64,000 nucleotides of DNA from Candidatus Melainabacteria bacterium 17Bon1m (GTDB lineage: Bacteria > Cyanobacteriota > Vampirovibrionia > Obscuribacterales > Obscuribacteraceae), in NCBI GenBank assembly GCA_032128875.1, contig JAVLKG010000003.1:728974-792973 (forward strand). Direction: 5' to 3'. Position numbers and translations under genes: made by a program. Each line of letters opens with the position of its first letter. The first letter of the stretch is position 1. Below the pieces are notes generated by a model that saw only the letters and a list, made by a program, of their open reading frames with translations, was not told the origin of the DNA and made no database searches. Positions 47,017-56,386 of this stretch are shown here, in pieces.

Positions 47017-47769
47017 ATGAGCAATAAACCGGGTCAGAATCCTGGCAACAAGAAAAACGATGAGTGGGTCATTAAGGACAATCTGTTCCATCGTCGGGTT
47101 TCTGACGTTCGCAACCAGGTGACCTGGGATTTTGATTCGACCGAGAAGGCAATCGATATCTTGCAGACCGGTGGAGCCAGCCGTTTCGGCGCCGGTGCTC
47201 AACAGCAACCGGAGTACCAGCCTCTTTCGGATGAAGAAATCGAGGCTTACGCATTTTTCGATGCGACAACACCGTGCCTGAAGTTTCAGTACATGCTGCG
47301 AATGTTGCGGCGCGAACTGAAACGTGGAAAACGTTTCAACCGCCCAATTGCGATACTCGTTGTCGCTGTAGATGGGTTTGACAATATCGTGAAGACTCAC
47401 GGTCCATCAGCCGCAGACGCAATGCTAGCTTTTGTTGGCGAACGTCTTAACGCTGTAACGCGCAGCGATATTGACCTGGCTGGTCGTTATGTTAACGAGC
47501 GCTTTTTGATTATCTTGCCGGAAACACCAGGCAAAGGCGCAACGATAGCGGCTGAGCGCCTCCGCAAAGATGTGGAAAGTTCGGTCATGCAGTGGCAGTG
47601 GCACCAGTTGCAAGTCACAGTCAGCATCGGTATCGCTCACCGTCCTGGTCACGCCGGTGAAGCTGAAGAGCTTATTGTGCAAGCGGACATGGCATGCGAA
47701 TCAGTCGAGCGCACTGGCGGAAATAACATTGCGATTGCGCAGATGACCGAATTCGTCGGCGCCGAGTAA
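47017..47769 (+). CDS. Degenerate GGDEF-domain protein
   Basis: GGDEF fold, but the active site reads RYVNERF. Confidence 0.85.
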   Translation: MSNKPGQNPGNKKNDEWVIKDNLFHRRVSDVRNQVTWDFDSTEKAIDILQTGGASRFGAGAQQQPEYQPLSDEEIEAYAFFDATTPCLKFQYMLRMLRRELKRGKRFNRPIAILVVAVDGFDNIVKTHGPSAADAMLAFVGERLNAVTRSDIDLAGRYVNERFLIILPETPGKGATIAAERLRKDVESSVMQWQWHQLQVTVSIGIAHRPGHAGEAEELIVQADMACESVERTGGNNIAIAQMTEFVGAE

Positions 47770-47781
47770 ACGTCTCATTAT

Positions 47782-47865
47782 CATACGGGAGCCGCATGGG
47801 TCTTATCGTATGGTTGCCGCATGCGGCTCCCTGGCAGGGAAGCGCATGCGCTTCCCGTACGTATG
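47782..47865. repeat. REP-like element, family B
   Basis: CATACGGGAGCCGCATG..., GCCGCATGCGGC and perfect palindrome GGGAAGCGCATGCGCTTCCC + GTACGTATG, between convergent genes. Confidence 0.7.
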
Positions 47866-47888
47866 CCGAAACAACATTGCGTCGACCG

Positions 47889-48995
47889 TTACAAAATCAA
47901 CATCGCGTCGCCGTAGCTGTAAAAACGATATCGCTTTTCCACCGCTTCTTCGTAGGCGCGCAAGATTATCTGTCTGCCTGCGAATGCGGCAACAAGCACG
48001 AGTAAACTCGAACCGCTCAAATGAAAGTTTGTTATCAAACTGTCCACGATATTGAACTTGTGTCCTGGGCGCACATACAGGCTAGTGCTGCCGTCTTCCA
48101 CAGCTTCAAGGGTGCCGCTTTTACCTGCAGTTTCTAGCGCTCGCAAACTGGTTGTGCCAACAGCAATTATGCGCGAACCGCGTTTTTTCGCCGCGTTTAC
48201 GGCTGCTGCAGTTGCCTCGGAAATGGTGTAAGTCTCAGCTTCAATTGTATGTTCGTCAACGCTTGTAGAAATCGGTTTGAACGTACCCGGCCCGACGTGC
48301 AGCGTGATTTTGTGCATCTCTATGCCTTTGGCTGCAAGTTGTTCAATCAAATCTTTGGTAAAGTGCAAACCAGCAGTCGGAGCCGCAACCGCGCCAGGGT
48401 GTTGGGCAAACACGGTTTGATATCGATCGAGATCTTTGTCTCTCTTGTGTTCTCCAATTTCTTCCGGGCTGTCTTTTTCTTGTTGAATGTAAGGTGGAAG
48501 AGGCGCATAACCAACGTCTCTTAGAATTTGAAAAACGTTTTCCCTGTCGCCTAAATCGACCAGAAGTCGCTTAAAACCATCGGGACCTGTAGTCAAATCT
48601 TTGAGTACCAGTGGATAGACCTTTCCAGAGGGCGAGTCTAGCAGTAGTTCTTCACCGATTTTAAGGCGCTTCAGCGATGTTGCCATTGCCTCCCATACTG
48701 CCGCCGATGCAGTCGTTGGCTTTAGCAGGAGCATCTTCAAATTGCCGCCGCTTTTTCTGCGCGGAAAAAGCTTTGCGGGAATAACCTGTGTATCGTTGGC
48801 TACGATTACGTCGCCGGGCTTCAAAAATTCGAGTATGTCTCTGAAATGAACGTGTTTAAAGCTATTGCCTAGGCGATCGATAACAAACAACCTGGACTCA
48901 TCACGCTTTGCCAGCGGTTCTTGGGCGATTAGTTCGGCTGGAAGGTCGAACTCGAAGTCTTTAAGCTCAAGGGTAGTTTCTTGTTTTTCCATCAC
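47889..48995 (-). CDS. queA: S-adenosylmethionine:tRNA ribosyltransferase-isomerase
   Basis: LIAQEP, PLPPYI, YQTVFA, AAPTAGLHF, LHVGPGTF, TNFH and YRFYSYGDAM. Confidence 0.98.
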   Translation of the reverse strand: MMEKQETTLELKDFEFDLPAELIAQEPLAKRDESRLFVIDRLGNSFKHVHFRDILEFLKPGDVIVANDTQVIPAKLFPRRKSGGNLKMLLLKPTTASAAVWEAMATSLKRLKIGEELLLDSPSGKVYPLVLKDLTTGPDGFKRLLVDLGDRENVFQILRDVGYAPLPPYIQQEKDSPEEIGEHKRDKDLDRYQTVFAQHPGAVAAPTAGLHFTKDLIEQLAAKGIEMHKITLHVGPGTFKPISTSVDEHTIEAETYTISEATAAAVNAAKKRGSRIIAVGTTSLRALETAGKSGTLEAVEDGSTSLYVRPGHKFNIVDSLITNFHLSGSSLLVLVAAFAGRQIILRAYEEAVEKRYRFYSYGDAMLIL

Positions 48996-49047
48996 TTATT
49001 GGTTTCTCACTCGGCTCAATATAGCCTAAGCAGGGTATTATCGAGCC

Positions 49048-50220
49048 ATGACGCCGCATCAGCTAAAAGAAGAGATCAAGCGAATAGCTTCCGAGCTCGG
49101 GTTTCAGCGTACAGTAATCGCATCGCTTGAACCCATGGAGGCTGAGCGCCAGGAATACGAGCGCTGGTTGGCGCTTGGGTACGCCGCAGGTATGGAGTAC
49201 CTGAAGCGCAATCCACATTTTAGAACATCTCCACAAATGCTGTATCCGGATGGACGTTCGGCAATCGTGGTGTCTGTAAGCTATTACACGGAGGTGCCGG
49301 AGCCGCCACCTGGCTTCTTTGGCAAGGTCGCCCGTTATGCTGTTGGGTTGGATTATCACGTTGTAATTCGCGCAAAGTTGAGAGAGCTTAATGCGCGTCT
49401 TGAGAAGATTGCCGGTCGAAAGATCCTTGCAAAGGCTTACACGGACGATGTTTCCCTGTTCGAGCAAGGGCTCGCCTCACGGCATGGTCTTGGCTTTGCA
49501 GGTCGTCACACTTTGATAATCGGTCCACAGATGATGGGCACTTACAACTTCGTTGCCGAGCTGATCACGGAGCTGGAGTTGGAAGCTGATGAGCCCTATC
49601 AAGGAACTTGCGGTAAGTGTTTTCGCTGTGGAGAAGGCTGTCCTACTGATGCCATTGCATATGGTATCGGCGTGAATGCGAACAAATGTATTTCTTATTT
49701 GACCATCGAGAACAAAGAAGCTATCCCATTGGAGCTGAGGAAACAGTTGGGCCGGTGGGTTTTTGGCTGTGACGTATGTCAGGAAGTTTGTCCGTATAAT
49801 CAAAAACCTAACCCTGCTCCGTGGGAGGAATTTTCTCCTCAAAGAGGTGCGGGTCATTATCTTGATCTCTTTTCGATCTTGGCGATGGATTCGCAGCCAG
49901 AATTCCATCAACGCTTTGTACATACACCTTTGCGGCGTCCAAAGCTGCGCGGGATGAAGCGGAATGCTCTAACAGTAGTTGGCAATATTCTTGGTGAATG
50001 CGCTGCAGTTTCTCCTACCGGCATTACTCAACAAGAGCAATTTGAAGCTGTAGATAAACTCTTCGACTTTGTCGGCTCTGAGTCTGATGAGATGCTAAAA
50101 GAGCATGCTTACTGGGCTTTGGCGCAGCATGAAGAACCAGAGACGAGAAAGAAACTTAAGCAAGTAATCGATAGAGAAGAAAATCAGTTTGTTCGATCGC
50201 TAATTGGCTCTTACGTCTAA
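49048..50220 (+). CDS. queG: Epoxyqueuosine reductase
   Basis: ARYAVGLDYH, CGKCFRCGEGCPT, CISYLTIE and FGCDVCQEVCPYN; adjacent to queA. Confidence 0.96.
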   Translation: MTPHQLKEEIKRIASELGFQRTVIASLEPMEAERQEYERWLALGYAAGMEYLKRNPHFRTSPQMLYPDGRSAIVVSVSYYTEVPEPPPGFFGKVARYAVGLDYHVVIRAKLRELNARLEKIAGRKILAKAYTDDVSLFEQGLASRHGLGFAGRHTLIIGPQMMGTYNFVAELITELELEADEPYQGTCGKCFRCGEGCPTDAIAYGIGVNANKCISYLTIENKEAIPLELRKQLGRWVFGCDVCQEVCPYNQKPNPAPWEEFSPQRGAGHYLDLFSILAMDSQPEFHQRFVHTPLRRPKLRGMKRNALTVVGNILGECAAVSPTGITQQEQFEAVDKLFDFVGSESDEMLKEHAYWALAQHEEPETRKKLKQVIDREENQFVRSLIGSYV

Positions 50221-50266
50221 GCTCTTATCTTCTTTGTTTTTCTGTTTTTCCCTGTTCAGCCCAGAG

Positions 50267-51502
50267 CTAAGGTTGTGTTGAGACCGGCGTTTCACTCGAC
50301 TCTGTAGGGTTTTCAAAAGAAGTCTTGACTCTTTGGGTCGAATCAACGGAGTAGTCGCGGTCTTTCCATTTGACTTGTCGTCCGCTGACAAAGCAATAAG
50401 CTGAGTTTATGTATACAGCGCTTGTAAGAACGGACCCAAGCGGCAAAAGGAAGAAATAGAGAGGATTAAGCCCTTTGTAGAATGCTGTGCTTTTAACGTA
50501 CCAAATTAAGATACATGCGAATTGCAGGGCGAGAAATTCCCAGATCATAAAGACCGGAACGACTTGTGAAATGCTCGCAGGACTCATCATGGTGATTGCT
50601 AAAGTGACAAACGGAGCCGCAAACCATAGATTTAGCAAAACAACAATTCCAATCAGACTGGTCATGTTGCAGTTGATGATTGCATAGGCATTTTTTGTCC
50701 AGCCCTTCCATAGTTCCGAAAAATTGGTGTACATTCTCACTGTATACAGCGGACGACCATCGCAAGCAGTGACGGAGAAGCCCTTTTCTTTTGTCACTCG
50801 GCCGATGGAAATATCGTCGAGGATTTGATCTTTCACTGACTCGTGTCCGCCGATTGCATCATAGGTGGTGCGCCTAACCATAATGTATTGACCATATGCA
50901 TACGATCTCGGGTTCTTGGGATCGTTTATCGAGTTGGTCGGATCGCCCGCCAGGAAAGAACCTATGAGCACCGGCATAAGTACTCTCTCTCCAAAACTAT
51001 ACAGCTCTTGTACAGGCATGAACGAGATCATGTCGACGTTGTATTTAATCGCGGCGCCTATTGCGTCTCTCAAGGAGTTTGGATGGTGGTAAGTGTCAGC
51101 ATCAGTAAAAACAAGCCAATCTCCCCCTGCGTGCGGCGTTCCGTGGTCGAGTGCATTGCACTTTCCGAGCCAGCCGGTTCGGTTTTCTCTGCCTTGAATG
51201 ACTTTGATGTTTGAAAATTTCTGCGCCAGATCACTAATGATCTGGCCTGATGAGTCTGTTGATTTATCGTCGATAACGATAATGTCGAAATTTGGATAGT
51301 TTTGCCTGGCCAGAGACTCCAGGCATCGTGCGACCTTGCCTTCTTCATTTCTGACGGGCACAACAACACTAATTGATGGAAGTTGTTCGTTTGCTAAATC
51401 GCATTTTTGCACCGTGCGAAATGTCGCGAAAAAAGACAGCATCATGGCGACAAAAACAACCAGCGCCAGCGTGTTGATAAGCAGAAATGCGGCAAAGAGC
51501 AT
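50267..51502 (-). CDS. GT2 family glycosyltransferase (HpnB/CrtQ-like)
   Basis: VPVRNEE, DDKSTD, GWLGK, FTDAD, YDAIGGH, RMY..W.GWTKN; TM helices at both ends. Confidence 0.9.
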   Translation of the reverse strand: MLFAAFLLINTLALVVFVAMMLSFFATFRTVQKCDLANEQLPSISVVVPVRNEEGKVARCLESLARQNYPNFDIIVIDDKSTDSSGQIISDLAQKFSNIKVIQGRENRTGWLGKCNALDHGTPHAGGDWLVFTDADTYHHPNSLRDAIGAAIKYNVDMISFMPVQELYSFGERVLMPVLIGSFLAGDPTNSINDPKNPRSYAYGQYIMVRRTTYDAIGGHESVKDQILDDISIGRVTKEKGFSVTACDGRPLYTVRMYTNFSELWKGWTKNAYAIINCNMTSLIGIVVLLNLWFAAPFVTLAITMMSPASISQVVPVFMIWEFLALQFACILIWYVKSTAFYKGLNPLYFFLLPLGSVLTSAVYINSAYCFVSGRQVKWKDRDYSVDSTQRVKTSFENPTESSETPVSTQP

Positions 51503-51504
51503 AG

Positions 51505-52287
51505 CTACATTCCTGCTGTTAGACCACCATCTACCGCAATCGTTGCTCCTGAAACATAGCGAGCGTCATCTGAGCAAAGGAAAAGCACGACGGATGCTAC
51601 TTCTTCCGGAAGACCTACACGCAACATCGGTATGTTTGCTTTTACAAACTCGTCAAGAACTTCCGGTCCACTTCTGCCGACGCGCGCCCCTACTTCCTTG
51701 TTGAAACGCTCACACAGAGGCGTTTTGATGCAGCCAGGGCAGATGCAGTTGCAACGAACACCGTGCGCGCCGTAATCCAATGCAATCGACTTGGTAAGGT
51801 GGATGATTCCGGCTTTCGACGTGCTGTAGGCAGCGTTTAAGCGGATGCCGCGCAGACCTGCATCCGAGGCATTATTGGTAATGACGCCGAACCCGTTGCG
51901 AACCATATGCTCGGCTGCGGCGCGGGCCACCATAAATGTTCCTTTCAAATTGGTGTCGAGTACCTGGTCCCACTGCTCATCTGTTGTCTCGAGAAGCGGC
52001 GCGACATATTCACAGCCGGCGTTGTTAAGGACAAAATCCAACCCACCCAATTTTGAAACTGTATCTTTAATACTGTTGGTGACTAGTTCTGAATTCGAGA
52101 CGTCTCCGTGAATTGCCAGACACTTTCCGCCTGCAGACTCGATGGTTTTAGCCGTGCCCTGGGCGCCTTCGGCATCGACATCAACGATTGCCACCGAAGC
52201 ACCTTCGTTTGCAAATGCAATAGCAGTCGCTCTGCCAATGCCTGAGCCACCACCGGTGATGTATGCGGTTTTATTCTTAAATCTCAC
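51505..52287 (-). CDS. Short-chain dehydrogenase/reductase
   Basis: TGGGSGIG, NNAG, YSTSK and VDGG. Confidence 0.95.
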   Translation of the reverse strand: MRFKNKTAYITGGGSGIGRATAIAFANEGASVAIVDVDAEGAQGTAKTIESAGGKCLAIHGDVSNSELVTNSIKDTVSKLGGLDFVLNNAGCEYVAPLLETTDEQWDQVLDTNLKGTFMVARAAAEHMVRNGFGVITNNASDAGLRGIRLNAAYSTSKAGIIHLTKSIALDYGAHGVRCNCICPGCIKTPLCERFNKEVGARVGRSGPEVLDEFVKANIPMLRVGLPEEVASVVLFLCSDDARYVSGATIAVDGGLTAGM

Positions 52288-52318
52288 TTTTCGAGTCTGC
52301 TTTCGGCGAATAACTTCG

Positions 52319-52657
52319 TTATTCTTCGCCTTCCTTGCCCTGCTTGCTGACCATCTCGGTGAGCGATTCGATGATTACTTGATCGCTTCTGTGCTGCCAG
52401 TCCAGTGCTTTCATCAAGTCTTCGCGCGACATAATGCCCTTAGCCAAGACCAGCTCGCCAAATGGCATTCCGGACTTCTCTTGCTCTTTGATCAGGTCTT
52501 CTAATTGCACGAGAGTGATTTTGCCGTGCTTGAGAAGAATCTCGCCGAGCTTTTCGGGGCGCGTGAGTATGTCCCACTTTTGCTCGTCGTTGAGGTCTTC
52601 TTCTTTTTGATCATTAGGGTCCATGAGCAAATCCTTGGAATTGGGATTCTGGTTCAA
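52319..52657 (-). CDS. Stand-alone MshEN-like (putative c-di-GMP-binding) protein
   Basis: Two tandem 24-aa motifs, KLGEILLKHGKITLVQLEDLIKEQ and PFGELVLAKGIMSREDLMKALDWQ. Start may be 52624. Confidence 0.8.
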   Translation of the reverse strand: MNQNPNSKDLLMDPNDQKEEDLNDEQKWDILTRPEKLGEILLKHGKITLVQLEDLIKEQEKSGMPFGELVLAKGIMSREDLMKALDWQHRSDQVIIESLTEMVSKQGKEGEE

Positions 52658-52783
52658 AACGAATTTCGTCTTGTCTGTGCAGCGGGCAGGGACACCAATT
52701 GTTTGTCTCGAACTATATTGTATTTAGACTCTACGAGATTTTAGCAGAGCATTTGTACAGTACATGTCAGAGACAGTTAGAGG

Positions 52784-53752
52784 CTAAGCCGCTTTCGGTT
52801 TTGGCTTCGCCGTAGCGGTTCCTTTTGCCTCACGCCACATTACAAGCAGGCAGCTCGCGTTGAAGATTGAGGAGTAGGTTCCGGAGATGATACCCAAGAG
52901 CATAGCCAGAACGAAGTCCTTTGTCGTCACCCCGCCGAGGAAGTAGAGGACGGTCAAAGTGATGACAACGGTCAGCGAAGTGTAGATAGAGCGGGCGAGA
53001 GTCTGGTTGACGCTGTCGTTGGCGACATGCCCGAAGTTTTTCTTGTACTCGTTGCCGCTGGCATCTGTAGCTTTGCTGCCGACGTATTTGACGTTTTCTC
53101 TGACTCTATCGAATACAACGATTGTGTCGTGAACCGAGAAACCTATCACAGTAAGAACAGCCGAGATAAACAAGCTGTCTACCTCTGTGCCCATCACCAA
53201 TCCGAGGATGGCGAAGATACCGCACAAAGCAATAACGTCGTGAAGCAGTGAGGCAATTGCACAAACTGCATAGTCGAATTGGAATCGATATGAGATGTAG
53301 CCGACCATCATCAAGAACGTGACGATGAGCGCGATTAGACCACTCGAGAGCAATTCTGGTCCGACCGTTGCACTGACTTTGTCAACTGACAAAACTTTGA
53401 ATTCGCCCAACTTAGAAGTCAGATCTGCGTCCAGCTTGCGCTTTTCGTCTTCGCTGTCGATTGCCTTCGTGCGCATGACGATGACTTCTTTTCCGGAAAT
53501 GAATGCTTGCTGAACTTGCGAACCCTCGAAGCCGGACTCGTTGAGCACCGCTCTGACTGTGTCGAGTGGGGCTGGTTTTTCAAATTGATACTGCAGAATG
53601 GAGCCGCCCGTGAAGTCAATTCCCGGCTTGAGCGGTGAATTGAATTTGGTCATGCAGATGACCATGGCGATAATTCCAGGCACCAAGATGACACCGGAAA
53701 TGCCTAGCCAGATCCAGCGATATTTGACCAGGTCTATCTTTATGCCCTTCAC
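52784..53752 (-). CDS. secF: Protein translocase subunit SecF
   Basis: GIDFTGG, LLHDV, IGFSVHDTIVVFDRVRE and GTYSSIF. Confidence 0.97.
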   Translation of the reverse strand: MKGIKIDLVKYRWIWLGISGVILVPGIIAMVICMTKFNSPLKPGIDFTGGSILQYQFEKPAPLDTVRAVLNESGFEGSQVQQAFISGKEVIVMRTKAIDSEDEKRKLDADLTSKLGEFKVLSVDKVSATVGPELLSSGLIALIVTFLMMVGYISYRFQFDYAVCAIASLLHDVIALCGIFAILGLVMGTEVDSLFISAVLTVIGFSVHDTIVVFDRVRENVKYVGSKATDASGNEYKKNFGHVANDSVNQTLARSIYTSLTVVITLTVLYFLGGVTTKDFVLAMLLGIISGTYSSIFNASCLLVMWREAKGTATAKPKPKAA

Positions 53753-55356
53753 CGCGCCTCCTCTTTCGTTGCTTCAGCTTCTTTGAAAATCTGTTGTTTT
53801 TTGATCTCGTGACCTTTCTTGTCGTACTTGTGTCCGAACATGCCGAGGCTCTTCGGTATCAAGTGCAACATCGCACGAGTGGCTGTAATGGCGGTAAACA
53901 TCGAGACGGCCACACCGATTGCCAGTGTGACGGCGAAACCTTTTACGATTGATGTGCCGCACAACATAAGAACGCCGCAAGCAATCAAACTGTTGACGTT
54001 GCTGTCGAAGATTGATGTAAATGCTCTTCCGAAGCCATTCTCGATGGCGACGTACAAGCCTTTGCCACTGTTCAATTCTTCTTTTGTTCTCTCGAAAATC
54101 AGAATGTTGGCATCTACCGCCATACCGACTGACAGAATGAAACCGGCTATACCAGCCAATGTTAGAGTGACGGGCACGGCTTTAAAAATAGCCAGCGTCG
54201 TAATCGTATATAGAACAAGTGCGACGTCAGCGATCAATCCGGGCAATCCGTAGACCAGAATCATGAAGACCATAACGGCGGCAATGCCGACTGCACCGGC
54301 AAGCAAACTCTTTTGAATGGAGTCTTGACCGAGCGTGGCGCCAACTGTTCTTTCTTCCAAAATCTTGACCGGTACAGGCAATGCACCGGCATTCAGTTTT
54401 ACTGCCAGATCCACCGCTTGGTCGCGGCTGAAGTTGCCGGTGATTTCGCCGGTGCCGCCTAAGATCGGCTCGCGTACATTGACGCCGCGATATTCGACAA
54501 GCGAGACAGGGCGACCATCTTGTCCTCTGTCGGTCGGTTCGCCATCAAGGAAGATACCGATTTGTCTGCCGACCAGACGTTGGGTCATCTCGCCGAATTT
54601 CTTGGCGCCTTCTGGTTTGAATTCAAAGGAAACGCGCCACAATCCGCCTGAAACCATTGGTGATCCTTGCGCGTGTTTGAAGTCTGCGCCGGTCAAACCG
54701 GTTTCTTTCCAAACGGGCCCGCCGTTTGGTCCAATGATAGGACGACCGCTTTCGTCGTAAGCCATCTCTTTGAATTCGAGAAGGGCGGTCGTACCAATTC
54801 TGTCTTTAGCTTGTTGTGGGTCTTTGATACCGGGCATTTCAACGATCAAGCGATCTTTGCCTGAGCGCTGGACTAAAGTTTCTGAAACACCAAGACTATT
54901 GATGCGGTTGTTGATGACTGTTTCAACACCATTCATAACTTGTGGGTTGATCTCGGGCACCAGCTTGCTGGGCAGTGCCTGCAGCAAAAGTTGGCTGCCT
55001 CCTCGCAAGTCGAGACCAAGTTTGAGCGTCGTGAAAAGAACGTAGCCGTTGTAATGCTCGATGATTTGCATGTTGTTGGCCATCTGCGCATTGTCGGTCG
55101 TGCGCTTATACAAATCTTCCTTTTCGTACTCGTTCATCTTCTCGTAGCCGGGAGTTTCTCTCACCCGTTTTTCTACTTCGATTTTGAGTGCGTCCGGAGT
55201 GAGTTCAGCTAACTTTTGCCAGTCTGAAACGGTTTTTTCCGGCTCGACTTGAAAGAGTGTTGTGAGCGACCAGATCAAAACGATAATGACTGCGATTGGC
55301 TTCCAGTCTTTTATAAATGAGCCGGAGCTAACTTGCGGCTTCGACGGAGATAGCAT
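53749..55356 (-). CDS. secD: Protein translocase subunit SecD
   Basis: LGLDLRGG, LGVSE, GALPVP, VGATLG and GMAVDANILIFER. Confidence 0.97.
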   Translation of the reverse strand: MLSPSKPQVSSGSFIKDWKPIAVIIVLIWSLTTLFQVEPEKTVSDWQKLAELTPDALKIEVEKRVRETPGYEKMNEYEKEDLYKRTTDNAQMANNMQIIEHYNGYVLFTTLKLGLDLRGGSQLLLQALPSKLVPEINPQVMNGVETVINNRINSLGVSETLVQRSGKDRLIVEMPGIKDPQQAKDRIGTTALLEFKEMAYDESGRPIIGPNGGPVWKETGLTGADFKHAQGSPMVSGGLWRVSFEFKPEGAKKFGEMTQRLVGRQIGIFLDGEPTDRGQDGRPVSLVEYRGVNVREPILGGTGEITGNFSRDQAVDLAVKLNAGALPVPVKILEERTVGATLGQDSIQKSLLAGAVGIAAVMVFMILVYGLPGLIADVALVLYTITTLAIFKAVPVTLTLAGIAGFILSVGMAVDANILIFERTKEELNSGKGLYVAIENGFGRAFTSIFDSNVNSLIACGVLMLCGTSIVKGFAVTLAIGVAVSMFTAITATRAMLHLIPKSLGMFGHKYDKKGHEIKKQQIFKEAEATKEEAR

Positions 55357-55447
55357 CGATTGAGACTTTCCTTGATTTTACGACCGGCAAATTATAAAGG
55401 TGCCTGAGGCTTTGTGTCCCTCAGACTGTCTTATGTTTGATATCAAT

Positions 55448-55487
55448 CGATGCACTAAGCGTGCAAGCGATGCACAAAGGGTGCAAG
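55448..55487. repeat. Two tandem 20-bp units, each a TGCAC-N5-GTGCA palindrome
   Basis: CGATGCACTAAGCGTGCAAG and CGATGCACAAAGGGTGCAAG, upstream of secD. Confidence 0.8.
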
Positions 55488-55522
55488 GTCGACGTTCAGA
55501 AATCGAGTTATCAAGGCGCTGT

Positions 55523-56221
55523 CTAAACCGAGCAGACGCGGTCTCCGCCGCGTTGCATGGCCATCTCAAGAGCTTGGATGGAACGCGCAACCAATTCGTC
55601 GTGTTCGCGAGCGTGTGCAGGAAATGCGGCCAGCCCAACCGAAGCTGTAACTTTCAAGTTGTGCCAGTTGTGGGTGATCGCTTGCGAGCCGATGCGCTGG
55701 CGAATGCGCTCAGCAACTATCTGGGCGCCGGAAGAGTTTGTTTCCGGGAAGATGATGGCAAATTCTTCAGCGCTGTAGCGAGCTGGGATATCAACGTCTC
55801 TGACCGCTCCTTGCAAGACAGAGCCGATGACTTTCAGCACGGCATCAGATGTAAGGGCGCCGTACTGTCTGGAAATGTCTTTAAAGTTGTCTACGGTGAC
55901 CATGCAAAGAGCGACAGGGCGTTTGTAACGCTTGGCGCGTTTCAACTCTTCCTTAATCTCTTTGAGGAATGTCCTTGAGTTGTAAAGCTCGGTGAGAGTG
56001 TCGAGCAATGCCAGGCGTTCAATTTCCTCGCCCTTGACCATGCTCATCTTATTTTCTGTGGTGGTCAAAAGCGAGCGTTGCTCCAGCTCTTTGACTCGTT
56101 CTAAAACCTGACTGTCCATGTACGAACGATTGCCAAGCTGCTTGAGACGATTAGGATTGTCGAGGACTCGGCAAAACATGCATGTTCTGCCGCTGCAAAT
56201 GTGATCCGTGCGTCTTTCCAT
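55523..56221 (-). CDS. Degenerate GGDEF-domain protein with intact RxxD I-site
   Basis: DTLTELYN, RDVD, and active site RYSAEEF. Confidence 0.88.
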   Translation of the reverse strand: MERRTDHICSGRTCMFCRVLDNPNRLKQLGNRSYMDSQVLERVKELEQRSLLTTTENKMSMVKGEEIERLALLDTLTELYNSRTFLKEIKEELKRAKRYKRPVALCMVTVDNFKDISRQYGALTSDAVLKVIGSVLQGAVRDVDIPARYSAEEFAIIFPETNSSGAQIVAERIRQRIGSQAITHNWHNLKVTASVGLAAFPAHAREHDELVARSIQALEMAMQRGGDRVCSV

Positions 56222-56386
56222 GTTTGTTGGACCTTCCTGGCTGGGCCTGACTAAGGCGCTTGGCTATTGGTTCTATATAGATTTCGGCGGCTAAGGGATA
56301 CTTTCCCCCGGGGCTATTACGCAAAACCCCGAACTAAAGTATAGATGAATTTCAGGCTCGTGTGCGCACAGCCAGGCTCAGCTCTC

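Noticed and set aside
47889-50220. Divergent queA-queG pair as a novel system
   Set aside because: Clustering of consecutive queuosine pathway genes is ordinary.
55448-55487. NtrC binding sites
   Set aside because: The NtrC consensus has TGCAC-N7-GTGCA; here the spacer is 5, and I saw no sigma54 promoter.
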